Of a stretch of 63,875 nucleotides of DNA, positions 1 through 10,009 are shown piece by piece. Origin of the DNA: a virus (Duplodnaviria > Caudoviricetes). The translations under genes and the position numbers were made by a program. The DNA is taken from IMG/VR virus record IMGVR_UViG_3300023278_002646, positions 1 through 63,875 of that record. One strand, 5' to 3'. How positions within the stretch are numbered: position 1 is the first letter of the stretch; every line of letters begins with the position of its first letter. Under the pieces are notes generated by a model that saw nothing but the letters and a program-made list of their open reading frames with translations, was not told the origin of the DNA and did not search any database.

Positions 1-43
1 TTATACCAGTAATACTGGTTGAAATGTCTAGTCCTAAAATCAT
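1..43 (-). CDS. RuvC-like Holliday junction resolvase, N-terminus only (runs off the window)
   Basis: ATG at 43 reads MILGLDISTSITGI..., matching the RNase H-fold/RuvC first strand (ILGLD.S...TG). Not in the ORF track because it is truncated. Confidence 0.65.
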   Translation of the reverse strand, partial: MILGLDISTSITGI

Positions 44-56
44 TACCAATGATATA

Positions 57-1331
57 TTATTTAAGATACTTTTTAAAGATCTGTTTTAAAGAAGATTTTC
101 CACCGGTTGCGGCGATGAAGGCGGGCGGGGGCGAGTCGCCGCGGGTGGTGGTGCCAAGGTGTTTGCCCTTTATATACCAAGAATTTTGGCCTTTGTATGC
201 ATTCTCAATAGCAGGACCGTCTACGCGATGGTGTTTGTCGTTTAAATACCATTCTTTTTGGCCGGTGGGATGTTCAATAGCAGGTCCACCTTCACGGTGA
301 AGTTTGCCGTTTAGATACCAATATTTGGAGCCATGTGCTTCTTCAACCGCAGGGCCATCGACGCGATGAGGTATGCCGTTCAGATACCAAGATTTGTTGC
401 CGCTAGCATATACAGACGCGGGGCCGTCTTCACGGTGAAGTTTGCCATTCAGAAGCCAAAACTCACCTTTAGCGGCGCCAGCCTTGATGAAAGTGCGTCC
501 ATCGCCTAAATCTTTGTAATCATAAGTGTTAACTATATTAAGTATCTTTTCTGGAAGAAACTTATTTCCCTTAAGTAAGAGAACAAGTTTGGCCTCCATG
601 AAAGCACCAATCTCGTCATCAGTAACATCCATAAACTGTTCTGTTCCAAAGTGGATCTGAACGTCTTTGGAGGAATCTTTTTTATGCTTGAAGATGATAA
701 GTGGATCGTCTGGCTCGTGGTACTGGTCATAATAGTCCAATCCTGGCGCAGCAGTACACCACTCGGTGCCTTTGCCCAAAGAACAAGCGGCTGCTTTCGT
801 TTCAGGAATATAAACGTCCCATTCGTTGTCAGAGTGAATAAGTTTTTCGCCTGCTTTTGCTTGCGTTGGATTTACCTTAGATGCTAGATGATCTTTGTAG
901 GGGCCGCGGGCCTTATTAACAATGTTATATAACTCAGCGAAGTCTTTAACCTGGTTAATATCTTTTTTATTAAGAAGACGATCTAGTTTTTGCTGTTTAA
1001 TCTGAAAGAAGGTTTCAAGTTGGCTGCGAATCTCAGGTCCCAGTCCAGTAAAGCGAGTTGCGATCGCTGTGGATATTAGCCAGTTAAGGGCAGTTGCTTT
1101 GTCTTTTTCCGTAATATCTGCCGGGACTGCATTCAGCACTTGTTTAGCCAAATGGTCTTGCGTCTCCTCAGGAGACCATGGTGGGGAGACATATGTAGGG
1201 ATCGGAGCGCGGGGCCCAGGGTTTGCTGCAGCCCTTTTAAACTTCTTGGAATCAAATCTTTGTTTAACTTGTTCGTAATCAAGTTCTTGAAGAAGAGATT
1301 TTGATTCTTTGATTATCTTGATGCGGATCAT
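57..1331 (-). CDS. Phage protein with central 'A..LG.GT.WC' domain and C-terminal HRxDGPA repeats
   Basis: 424-aa ORF; AACSLGKGTEWCTAAPG motif; four ~23-aa repeats LHREDGPA...WYLNG; N-terminal KES/LQE motifs. Confidence 0.75.
   Translation of the reverse strand: MIRIKIIKESKSLLQELDYEQVKQRFDSKKFKRAAANPGPRAPIPTYVSPPWSPEETQDHLAKQVLNAVPADITEKDKATALNWLISTAIATRFTGLGPEIRSQLETFFQIKQQKLDRLLNKKDINQVKDFAELYNIVNKARGPYKDHLASKVNPTQAKAGEKLIHSDNEWDVYIPETKAAACSLGKGTEWCTAAPGLDYYDQYHEPDDPLIIFKHKKDSSKDVQIHFGTEQFMDVTDDEIGAFMEAKLVLLLKGNKFLPEKILNIVNTYDYKDLGDGRTFIKAGAAKGEFWLLNGKLHREDGPASVYASGNKSWYLNGIPHRVDGPAVEEAHGSKYWYLNGKLHREGGPAIEHPTGQKEWYLNDKHHRVDGPAIENAYKGQNSWYIKGKHLGTTTRGDSPPPAFIAATGGKSSLKQIFKKYLK
165..455 (-). 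repeat. Four tandem ~69-nt coding repeats (HRxDGPA / WYLNG)
   Basis: LHREDGPASVYASGNKSWYLNGI, PHRVDGPAVEEAHGSKYWYLNGK, LHREGGPAIEHPTGQKEWYLNDK, HHRVDGPAIENAYKGQNSWYIKGK; the DNA repeat cttcacggtgaagtttgcc occurs twice. Confidence 0.85.
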
Positions 1332-1335
1332 ATTT

Positions 1336-1343
1336 TAAATAGT
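1336..1343 (-). promoter_or_regulatory. Candidate late promoter motif ACTATTTA
   Basis: ACTATTTA 4 nt upstream of the ATG at 1331; the same motif recurs upstream of other genes. Confidence 0.45.
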
Positions 1344-1346
1344 TTG

Positions 1347-2555
1347 CTATATATCTAACTTAATCTTAAACGTGAAGTCTCGCTCTACGGTTTTCTTTAC
1401 TGGTGTTGCGACTTTTGCGATTCCAATAAGGTTTCTGTCTTCATCGTAGATGCCGATCTTTGAGATATATGTTGTTTTCTCAAATGATCCGGTTGGGTCA
1501 GGGTAAGGAGAGTTAACTATATTCTTTATTTGTCTTGTCGTCAACTCTTGATATGCGTGAGAACTGGTTGCCGCAAAATCCCCAGTTGAATATTCAACAT
1601 ATGTTGGGTTATTTGAGTGGTTTAAATCACCCTTCTGTGCTGTCGCAAACATCGTAAGAGTTTGTGTATAAGACGTTCCACTCATTTCCATTATGTAAGA
1701 AGAGTTTGGTGCTGTGATTGACCCGGAAATAGACTGGGCAAAGTATATCCACTTTGGATTATCACTAGCAGGCTTGTATGTGTCTGTGCTTGAGTTTAGA
1801 GCCGTAGAACCTGTCAGTATGACAAAGCCTTCGTTGTAGAGTGTCAAGCCAACAGCGCTGCCGGAGTCGGCTCCATAGGTAGAATACAGAACTCCGTCTC
1901 TATTGGTGTCTTGTGCTCTCGCAATCAAGGTTCCTGTAAAGTAGTATTCTAGGTTTACCGATCCTTTTTTGATTTGAGACCCATAAAAAATAGATGGTAT
2001 GTTTACTAGACCAACTTCGGCTGTGTCAAAATCTCTTTGATGCAATGATGATGAATATTCAAAGTGTGTATTCACATAGTTATAGTGATTGATAGTATTT
2101 TTAAGAGCGCGTAGGTGAGATACATACCCGCTTGTTAAAGAAGAGACTGTTCCTACTCGTGCAGTTGAGGTGTCATAGTATTCTTTTGTGATCCCCGAAG
2201 CAAATGGGTAGGAACTTACTATAACATCTCCATATGATGCCGAGTTAAACGATGCTTCTGTGGAAGTTCTAAAATCTATTCTTGTTCCGTTCTTAACAAC
2301 GAAAGGAAAAATAAGACCTGTATCATCAACTTCTCCGATTTTGCGACCGGTTGAGGTAGATGCTCTGTCAATATTTAGTTCGTATAAAGATACCTTGCCG
2401 GCATCAGTTAGTCTGATTGGATCGGCAAAAGCACCAGAGATATTAGGAGCGCTATTATAGTAAGATGAACCACTATATACCAAAAACTTAACACTTGGAT
2501 ATGTCTTTAATGTGTTGTTAAATATCTCATTTTGTTTAAAACGATAATACGGCAT
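1347..2555 (-). CDS. Virion structural protein (tail/baseplate; tail-collar-like C-terminus)
   Basis: 402 aa, Ser/Thr/Gly-rich; C-terminal YISKIGIYDEDRNLIGIAKVATPVKK..FKIKLDI is paralogous to the next gene; lies in the baseplate module. Confidence 0.7.
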   Translation of the reverse strand: MPYYRFKQNEIFNNTLKTYPSVKFLVYSGSSYYNSAPNISGAFADPIRLTDAGKVSLYELNIDRASTSTGRKIGEVDDTGLIFPFVVKNGTRIDFRTSTEASFNSASYGDVIVSSYPFASGITKEYYDTSTARVGTVSSLTSGYVSHLRALKNTINHYNYVNTHFEYSSSLHQRDFDTAEVGLVNIPSIFYGSQIKKGSVNLEYYFTGTLIARAQDTNRDGVLYSTYGADSGSAVGLTLYNEGFVILTGSTALNSSTDTYKPASDNPKWIYFAQSISGSITAPNSSYIMEMSGTSYTQTLTMFATAQKGDLNHSNNPTYVEYSTGDFAATSSHAYQELTTRQIKNIVNSPYPDPTGSFEKTTYISKIGIYDEDRNLIGIAKVATPVKKTVERDFTFKIKLDI

Positions 2556-2587
2556 AATGAGAATCTGCTCTCAAAGAGAGCCAGTTT

Positions 2588-3664
2588 TTAGTAATCCAAG
2601 CGCACGCGAATAGTAAGCTCTGTTGATGGATCGTTCTTCAAAGGTTCAGACAACTTAGCAACCGCCAGCAACTCATTATCAGGTGAGTATAGACCAACTG
2701 ATGTTATGTAAGATACTGGAAGATCCTGAGAGTTAGTCTTCACTACCATCTTGCTCGCTGATAGATATGTCTGGTTTGATGAATAATTAAAGTCTGTGTT
2801 ATTCACGCGGCAGAAATAAATCGTGGAGTTTAACTCTGTTGTGTTATTGAAAGAAATGTTCTCAACTCGATGACGGAATCCATCCGCATTTCCTTCAATT
2901 GTAGTTCCGCTAAGAAAGCTATCAATACCACTTGGGTCTGTTGTGCTCATACTGACTGGTGTTGTAAGCAAGCCTCCAAACATCGAGGCTGTAACAACAG
3001 CAATGCCAGCTTGGTAATATAGAAGACCAGCCGGAACATATCCAGAACTATCAACCGCAGAAGCATTTAAAGCCGAACCTGTTGCATATAAAATACCATA
3101 CTCTCCCGCTGGGGAGTTAACCTTATAACCGGTTGAGCCACTCTTATCTGTTAAACTAATTGTTCCGTTAAATGGGCTAACATATGCAGTCGCATCGGAC
3201 GATGCGCTGACGCCCATTGTCAAAGTGAAAGAGCCCTTCTTAACCTCATCTTTGGCAAGCAGTCTCGTAAAGTTAATGAAATAAGCTTCATTAATCTTTG
3301 TTCCACCGGTAAGATCGCCATCTTCGTCAAAAGGTCGAACGGCACTGTTTTCATCAAAACCGACAAGCACCTGAGCCATCTGATTGTAGATGTTAATCTT
3401 TTTAGCATTCTGGGTCGATGCTGCGCCGGACAAGCCAGAAGTCGCAGTATATCCACAAGTTAAATCAAAAATGTGGTTTGCCGAAGAACTTAAGTATGGG
3501 TAATCATAAACTGACTGGAACATTCCGTGTGAAAAGTTCTTAATGTTGTTGTCCGCATATGTGCCGGATACTATTGATCCCGTAATCGGTATTGCCTCAT
3601 GTAGTAAGTTTCTTGTTACTACCGAGTCTTTTGCTGTCTCTAACGCTTTAAATGAAGTTGCCAT
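2588..3664 (-). CDS. Virion structural protein, paralog of 1347..2555
   Basis: 358 aa; FNYSSN.TY and YITSVGLYSPDNELLAVAKLSEPLK..RVRLDY; SD-like AAGGA upstream. Confidence 0.7.
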   Translation of the reverse strand: MATSFKALETAKDSVVTRNLLHEAIPITGSIVSGTYADNNIKNFSHGMFQSVYDYPYLSSSANHIFDLTCGYTATSGLSGAASTQNAKKINIYNQMAQVLVGFDENSAVRPFDEDGDLTGGTKINEAYFINFTRLLAKDEVKKGSFTLTMGVSASSDATAYVSPFNGTISLTDKSGSTGYKVNSPAGEYGILYATGSALNASAVDSSGYVPAGLLYYQAGIAVVTASMFGGLLTTPVSMSTTDPSGIDSFLSGTTIEGNADGFRHRVENISFNNTTELNSTIYFCRVNNTDFNYSSNQTYLSASKMVVKTNSQDLPVSYITSVGLYSPDNELLAVAKLSEPLKNDPSTELTIRVRLDY

Positions 3665-3683
3665 TATAATATCCTTTTATTAA

Positions 3684-4628
3684 CTAGTTTTTCTTAACGA
3701 ACCGGATTGGAATATCAAGTGTGTAACCAGTTGAAACACCAGAGATTCTAACTGTTGAATCGATAAACTTATAATCTGCGGCTAGCAAAGTATTGCCACC
3801 GCTTGTAATGCTTGAGGCGCCGGCACTTCCGAGTTGATTAAACAAGAAAGCACTTGTCCTTAGATCCAAAGATGCTGCCACCTTAAACTGGATTCTAGTA
3901 CCGCGTGGTCCGTCGATGATAGAAGAAACGCCAGTCTCCAAGTTGCTTACGATTCCAGTGCCGTCTGACACAGAGAAGATGTATGTAGCAATATTATCAT
4001 CATCAATAGAAGAGGGAGATATACTTTGTGCTGATGTGACGCCTGTAGTGGAGCGAAGTTGTCCAAGACGATTATCAATCTGAACAAAATACTGCGTCTC
4101 TACTAGTGTATCATCCTCATCAACTAACGAAATCTCATTTGAAAGCTCGGTCGTATCTAATCCCTGATCAGCTTGAACGTGATTTAGTCCCTGAGCCGGA
4201 TTGAAACCATTAAATATTCCCTTGTCTAAGGAGCGTCCTTCACCTGTCAAAGCATCAACCGTGGTCTGGTCGACCAAGTTAACGTAGGAATTTAGCCCTG
4301 TATAGAATGGTTGAGCATCAGAGTTAGTGTTTGCTAGTATCACAGGAAGATATAACAAATCGTTGCGAGAGTATGAAAGTAATCTAGATTTCATACTTGA
4401 CATATTATTAGTAAATGATTCCAAAACAGGTGTTTGAAGAATATTGATATCGTAGTACGCAGAACCGCTTGTGTTGTTCTTGTCGTACAGTCCGTAATCA
4501 ATCTCATCATCGCCAAGAGCGAACTTGGAAATGTTAAATCTTCCATTTCCTTCTGCTAATCTTTTTCTTCCTAGATCTGTTAAAACAGCATCTAAGATAA
4601 TGTCACCTGAGTTGTCTAAGAATCCCAT
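3684..4628 (-). CDS. Virion structural protein (tail-collar-like N-terminus)
   Basis: 314 aa; MGFLDNSGDIILDAVLTDLGRKRLA...KFALGDDEIDY; GAGGA SD and ACTATTTAT upstream. Confidence 0.7.
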   Translation of the reverse strand: MGFLDNSGDIILDAVLTDLGRKRLAEGNGRFNISKFALGDDEIDYGLYDKNNTSGSAYYDINILQTPVLESFTNNMSSMKSRLLSYSRNDLLYLPVILANTNSDAQPFYTGLNSYVNLVDQTTVDALTGEGRSLDKGIFNGFNPAQGLNHVQADQGLDTTELSNEISLVDEDDTLVETQYFVQIDNRLGQLRSTTGVTSAQSISPSSIDDDNIATYIFSVSDGTGIVSNLETGVSSIIDGPRGTRIQFKVAASLDLRTSAFLFNQLGSAGASSITSGGNTLLAADYKFIDSTVRISGVSTGYTLDIPIRFVKKN

Positions 4629-4645
4629 ATTATTATCCTCTTCCT

Positions 4646-4654
4646 ATAAATAGT
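4646..4654 (-). promoter_or_regulatory. Candidate late promoter motif ACTATTTAT
   Basis: In the 4629-4669 intergenic gap, upstream of the SD and ATG at 4628. Confidence 0.5.
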
Positions 4655-4669
4655 ATTGAAATGTTTTTA

Positions 4670-7360
4670 TTAACTTGCATTTGTGACCCCGGGGTTCTTA
4701 AACGTTAAGTTAAGATCCATTTTCTTTCCAGTCTTCTTACTTGTCACTCTTAGTTTGAAGGTTTTGGTCCAAACTTTATTAACCCCATCTACCCCTAATA
4801 TACTGTCTTCCGGGGTTTCGTCTATGTTGGATGGAGGGTTGACTTCAGACTCCAGAGCGACTTGCTGAAAACTTGGTTCAATATAAATAAATCTTCTTCC
4901 ATCCTTAAGATACGTTGGCTTGCTTGCTTTGAAAGCAAAAACACTCTGTCTTAAATAGATTTGATCATTGTTATCAACCATTTCAAGTTCAAAAATATAA
5001 GTTGGGTTTGATATATTATTGTGAATATCTACGGCCCGGGCGCAATAGTAATACTTCTGATTTGTTGATATTGCATCTTCAAAGTATCCCGGGGTTCCTA
5101 TATTAGGGTCTACCGTGATAGCATTATTGTTGAAGTCTTTATAAGATTTCGGTTTCTCGCTAATACGGAATAACTCATACCGGTCAATCATATCGTCTGA
5201 TTTATACCTGATTTTTTTATTTTGTGAAATAATCTGATTGTAGGTTAAGTTTTCCCCAGTCTGTCCGAAATATTCTTCTTCTATATACCCTCTATCTGAA
5301 TCTAATATTTCAACTGGCTTGTCGTAAAAGTCACCAAAATTTGTGTTTAATAAAATCTTAACTTTATTTCTAACGCCCTTTACGGGATAAAAAGATATAT
5401 CTGGGGATACCGGTGGCTTATCGACAACTGATACAGTCAATCCCTCAAAGGAATACGGGACGACCAATGCTTTTATAGATATCTTATTTTCGAACTCTAA
5501 GTTAAATCCTTGAGTTGGTCCATATATGACGCCAGTTCCTTGAGATTCATAAATCACCTGAGGATCATCAAACTCAACGTTATTATACTTATATTCATTT
5601 CCAAATACTAATATAACCTTCTTAAATACATATGTGTATTTTTGACCGTATTTGATTTGAGTGTCATAATAGGTTGTATCTACCGGAGGAGAGGGAAGAA
5701 ACTTTGGTGATATATAAAATGTCTGAACTGGTTCTTCTGATAAGCCTTCTTCCACAGAGCCTCTATACTTCTCTACAATATATAACAAAGTTTCAGTATC
5801 ACAAGACTTATTTTCATAAACTTCTTTGAGTGTTCTTTTAAATGATTCTAGTTTGTCACCATCGGATAGGAAACCAAATGTATTATAAGCAGCCCCGATA
5901 TCCAGCTCTAACTCGCCTTCTCCGGTTTTTCCAAAATAATCTCTAAGAAACCTTACCCCATATTTATCTTGAATCTTGTTTGGACCATCTGCGATCCCAG
6001 AAATATCAACATCAATATTGTTGCCATTTGGTGCCAGCATGGCAGTAAATAGGATTTGGTTATCTGGGTGTAAGGTGAACAACTCCTTGTAATCCGTATC
6101 GGAAGTGCTAAATGCAAAGTCCCCAGTAGTAGAATTTGATACCACTTTCTTTCGTGTTGAAAAGCGAGCACTAGCATTGGTTGTTTTATCTTTAATAATC
6201 GCGTAAGCTTGTAAGATATCTACAAAATCTTTAGTATCCTCATTCTGAATCAGTTGCGTCATTAAGGACGCGTCACTAGAAATATCCCCAGTTGTTCTGT
6301 CTGTCTCAAACCCAATCGTTAGCTTATTGTAGTAAGGCAAACTTTCATCAATGATTGAATCCTCATTTAAAACGGCTAAATCAGAATACAAAACAGCAGT
6401 ATCGCCATTGTTGCTTTTTACTATTGACGGATCAAATCCTGTCGGGATAGATGTCATATTATCCGAGTAGAGATTGTAATATATGCCGCTATTTGTTTCC
6501 AGAGCAGAACCAAACCCTGCTGTATTAAACCAAGGAATCATTCCATCCATCGTTATGGCTATCCTATGATAAGGTGCCAAAAACTCTGATGAAGTGTTTT
6601 GAAGCTCTAACTGAAGATAATAAGCATTTGGAATAAAGTATTCTTGGAGCTTTTCTACTACATCTTCGTAATCTGGATTTGAGTTAACATAATAGTTATA
6701 GACTGGTTCTACGTTAGTTGTGAGTCCAGATGCCTGTCTTACATTCTTGATTGGGGAAAATAAATAATAGTTTGATGTGTGATCGAAGTAAGCCCTATTA
6801 AGACCTCCGTTTAAGAGACCTCCGTAAGTAGCCTCTTCTTCTGTTACACGATCCACAATCGTAACATTTGGTCCTATTATATACTCTTCAAAGTTATCTC
6901 GATACCAACTATAAGGTGCCGCATTGTAAGAGTTCCAAGCTCGCACTTTTCTAGTAAACGATATGGATTGGTCATCATCCAAAAATAACGCCGACAGGAT
7001 TATGTTGACTCCTCCCGCGGGATCAGCAACTTGTTTATTTAATCTTCCTATTCCATCAGGATCCTCATCGAAAGCCCCAACAGCAATATTCCCCCCATCT
7101 TCAAGTCCCGATAGTGAATTCTCATAGTTATATAGCGCTGGTCCATTAGAACCATTGTACGCAGTATAATATGAAGCCATAAGACCTCTAAGAGAATCAG
7201 CAGTTCCCCAGTTATCTCTTACCATTGGGTGAAAATCTATAGTCTTTCCATCAACTCTGGCGGTATTAGGGGTATCGATGCCTCGGTCCTTTGGTCCATC
7301 CAATCGATAATCTACTAGAAGTAACTGATCTTTTAATGATTTGTCTTGTATGATAGCCAT
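4670..7360 (-). CDS. Large putative virion protein (possible FN3-like C-terminal region)
   Basis: 896-aa ORF in the structural cluster; YYYCARAVD...NISNP resembles an FN3 terminal strand. Confidence 0.6.
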   Translation of the reverse strand: MAIIQDKSLKDQLLLVDYRLDGPKDRGIDTPNTARVDGKTIDFHPMVRDNWGTADSLRGLMASYYTAYNGSNGPALYNYENSLSGLEDGGNIAVGAFDEDPDGIGRLNKQVADPAGGVNIILSALFLDDDQSISFTRKVRAWNSYNAAPYSWYRDNFEEYIIGPNVTIVDRVTEEEATYGGLLNGGLNRAYFDHTSNYYLFSPIKNVRQASGLTTNVEPVYNYYVNSNPDYEDVVEKLQEYFIPNAYYLQLELQNTSSEFLAPYHRIAITMDGMIPWFNTAGFGSALETNSGIYYNLYSDNMTSIPTGFDPSIVKSNNGDTAVLYSDLAVLNEDSIIDESLPYYNKLTIGFETDRTTGDISSDASLMTQLIQNEDTKDFVDILQAYAIIKDKTTNASARFSTRKKVVSNSTTGDFAFSTSDTDYKELFTLHPDNQILFTAMLAPNGNNIDVDISGIADGPNKIQDKYGVRFLRDYFGKTGEGELELDIGAAYNTFGFLSDGDKLESFKRTLKEVYENKSCDTETLLYIVEKYRGSVEEGLSEEPVQTFYISPKFLPSPPVDTTYYDTQIKYGQKYTYVFKKVILVFGNEYKYNNVEFDDPQVIYESQGTGVIYGPTQGFNLEFENKISIKALVVPYSFEGLTVSVVDKPPVSPDISFYPVKGVRNKVKILLNTNFGDFYDKPVEILDSDRGYIEEEYFGQTGENLTYNQIISQNKKIRYKSDDMIDRYELFRISEKPKSYKDFNNNAITVDPNIGTPGYFEDAISTNQKYYYCARAVDIHNNISNPTYIFELEMVDNNDQIYLRQSVFAFKASKPTYLKDGRRFIYIEPSFQQVALESEVNPPSNIDETPEDSILGVDGVNKVWTKTFKLRVTSKKTGKKMDLNLTFKNPGVTNAS

Positions 7361-7363
7361 ATT

Positions 7364-10009
7364 CTAATAATCCGTATTTGTTTCTATAGATAGTTCACGG
7401 GTTTGGTTAGACTGTGAAGTCGAGCGCGTGTTTCGTGAGGTTGATCGACTCAAAGTAATGTTTTTTGAATACAAGATCCCAACATCATCCAAATCTATGC
7501 TGGGCATTTCGTTTGCAACGCTTCTCTTTACTTTATTTGTGTTGCCCGAGATACTTCTTTTGTTATTAGAAACACTTGGCGTTCCTACAATAAACATACT
7601 AGTCATAGGCTCCATGTTTAAAATGTCAGAAGTTCCCACGGCGTCAGATACTTTAACCAATCTACACATAAGCGGCTTATCCTCTGTGCTAGCTTTACTA
7701 AACTTTTCCTTATTTAGTAGTTTCCAGTTTTGGTTTGCCACACCTACCGTAACATCATATGAATCTAAATACTGAACTTGTGCCACAGAGTTATAGTTTA
7801 TAGCATTTGATAGAGCCGAGCCATTTTGTAAGACTGTATTATCCTCATTAAACTTCTGTAAGGCTGGGGATCCTGCAAGTGCCTCTTGGTTTGTTATTGT
7901 TGTAACAGGAACGAAGGAAGTTACACTTTGTTCTACAATATTTCCTATTAGAGAGTTTGAATATATATCAACAGACGGCGTTGCTGTAACGTTTGAGGTC
8001 GTTGAGCCAGATTGAGTGGTTCCTGAACCTTTCTCAAAGATAAAGTCAGATGTAGAAGAGAGATAATCCTCTGCATCAATAATGCTTTTAAACATCTTTT
8101 TTGAGCCGGCTATTTCTCTAAGGGGTCTCTTGTTTCTTCTGGCAGAGATATTTAGTCCTGCGAGAATATTGTCAACAGCGCTTGAAGCTTTCTGGCTTTT
8201 ATTAGCTTTAAACACCCTGTCCTTATTAGTTCGTGACTCTATCAGTGGGAGCGCGCTAACTGTTTGTACAGATATATCTCTGGTATTAATACTTAAAGGG
8301 TTAGGTAACAAGTTTATGCTATTAGCAGTTAAATAACCAAATGGATTCAGTACATCAGCTTGAGTATTCGTTATATTATATTTTGATACTTCACTGTTGG
8401 CGCGCGTTGTATAGTCAGCAAAGGAGATGCTTGGTAGTGCCGGCGCAACTTCTGTCACGTTATCGTCAAGATAGTTTAATCCAAAATCTTTAGTCCCCGT
8501 AAAGTAATATACTTCCCCGAAAATATATTCTACTCTCAATGTTGGATCGTGAGTTGACATGTATATTTTCGAGTCGACGCTAAAGGTTTCATCTTTTTTC
8601 TTCTTTGGATGCAGAATGCTCTCTAACTTACTAATGTAGTCATTCATAATAGATAAAAACATCTGCTTATCCGAGCCATAACTTGGATTAAATCTGTTAA
8701 TGAATGCTAATAAGTTTTTCTTCCACTGTCTTCTTGAGTAAGTACTGAACGGTTGGGCTCCAAGAATTACTTGTACAGAAGAAAGAAAATCATTGATAAT
8801 CTCCATATAGGATGATTGTAAATCGGGAATCTCTCTAATCGAAGAAATCTTTCTCATACTTGTGCGGAGTGGAGCCAATAAGCTTTCTATTAGTTCTTTT
8901 GTATTATCTTCAAGAATAATCTCTGCTTTGTATTCAGCCACACCAGAGTTTATGCCCTCTGTTGTCTGATCAACAAAAAATACTTGACCTAGATTGCCGT
9001 CATTTAGAATATTATCAACGATAGAGCATCCGTCTCTCAAACTAGCCACTCTCTTATATCTGCTGTCCTCTTTTAAGCCACACTTTTGGGAGCGCCCAGG
9101 AGTCAAAGAGTTTCCTGCTGCTTCATAGCCGGATGATTTTTGGTAGATGATTATATCCTTAATGTTTACGGCTGTTAGGAGGGTTTGATTATTTTCTATT
9201 AGTCCTCCAAATCTAGTGTTGTTTTTAGCGAAGTTTAATATATTGAATGTAAATGAGCCATTAACTTTACCATTGCTTCCCCGAGACAAGGTTATCGGAG
9301 AGAAATAGCTATTATTCATCTTTGTATATCGAAAGTTTAAAGAATCTATGGTTCGTATGATTCGTAAATCTTTAACTCTGACATTTGGAACCTGTGTTAT
9401 CTCAAGATTGGGGTGCGAGCCTTCAATGTGAGTGTTGCCGACCATAAAGTTATTGTTTTGTATATGAGCGGATCCAGGCCAAATAGTTCCCTGCGTTCCG
9501 TATATGGGGCTGGTTTCCGCTAATCTATACACTGTTGAGTTCAAAAGTGTTTGATTTCCAGATACTATCGTTTCTTTAACAACATTCCCTACCAAGATTG
9601 TCTGCCCAACTTCCAACGTTGAACAAACTAAAACATATAAATCACTAGCTTGCGGTATGACAAAGTTCTTTTGGTAAAAAAAGCTGTAGATATCTTTGCT
9701 TTTTTCTGTTCTGGCTTTGACTGTATAATCCTTATACGAGGGCGCAAAAGCATAGTTGTTTTGGGAGTTGTTTTTTATTGTCTGTTTTAGTAGATCCCGA
9801 TCTGATGCTAACAACTCAATCTCTGTTTTAGAGTTAGAAAAATATATAAAATTATTAAACTTTTTATTTTTCTTTCTTAATAGGGTTTTCTGCTCATTAG
9901 AGATCCCTAGAGTTACAGCGTAGTCGCCGTTCGAATCCGTGTTAAATCTAACATCCTGTATGTTAATGAAAGGTATGCTACTTTTGTATGGACCAATAGA
10001 TATAGTCAT
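7364..10009 (-). CDS. Large putative virion protein
   Basis: ~881 aa; likely ATG at 10009 overlaps the upstream TAA (TAATG); function not recognisable. Confidence 0.6.
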   Translation of the reverse strand: MTISIGPYKSSIPFINIQDVRFNTDSNGDYAVTLGISNEQKTLLRKKNKKFNNFIYFSNSKTEIELLASDRDLLKQTIKNNSQNNYAFAPSYKDYTVKARTEKSKDIYSFFYQKNFVIPQASDLYVLVCSTLEVGQTILVGNVVKETIVSGNQTLLNSTVYRLAETSPIYGTQGTIWPGSAHIQNNNFMVGNTHIEGSHPNLEITQVPNVRVKDLRIIRTIDSLNFRYTKMNNSYFSPITLSRGSNGKVNGSFTFNILNFAKNNTRFGGLIENNQTLLTAVNIKDIIIYQKSSGYEAAGNSLTPGRSQKCGLKEDSRYKRVASLRDGCSIVDNILNDGNLGQVFFVDQTTEGINSGVAEYKAEIILEDNTKELIESLLAPLRTSMRKISSIREIPDLQSSYMEIINDFLSSVQVILGAQPFSTYSRRQWKKNLLAFINRFNPSYGSDKQMFLSIMNDYISKLESILHPKKKKDETFSVDSKIYMSTHDPTLRVEYIFGEVYYFTGTKDFGLNYLDDNVTEVAPALPSISFADYTTRANSEVSKYNITNTQADVLNPFGYLTANSINLLPNPLSINTRDISVQTVSALPLIESRTNKDRVFKANKSQKASSAVDNILAGLNISARRNKRPLREIAGSKKMFKSIIDAEDYLSSTSDFIFEKGSGTTQSGSTTSNVTATPSVDIYSNSLIGNIVEQSVTSFVPVTTITNQEALAGSPALQKFNEDNTVLQNGSALSNAINYNSVAQVQYLDSYDVTVGVANQNWKLLNKEKFSKASTEDKPLMCRLVKVSDAVGTSDILNMEPMTSMFIVGTPSVSNNKRSISGNTNKVKRSVANEMPSIDLDDVGILYSKNITLSRSTSRNTRSTSQSNQTRELSIETNTDY

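Noticed and set aside
165-455. Diversity-generating retroelement target
   Set aside because: No reverse transcriptase or template repeat in the window; the differences between repeats are not adenine-specific.
2565-2584. Hairpin GCTCTC-TTT-GAGAGC between two structural genes as a terminator
   Set aside because: Short stem with no U-tract on the coding strand; at most a processing or translational element.
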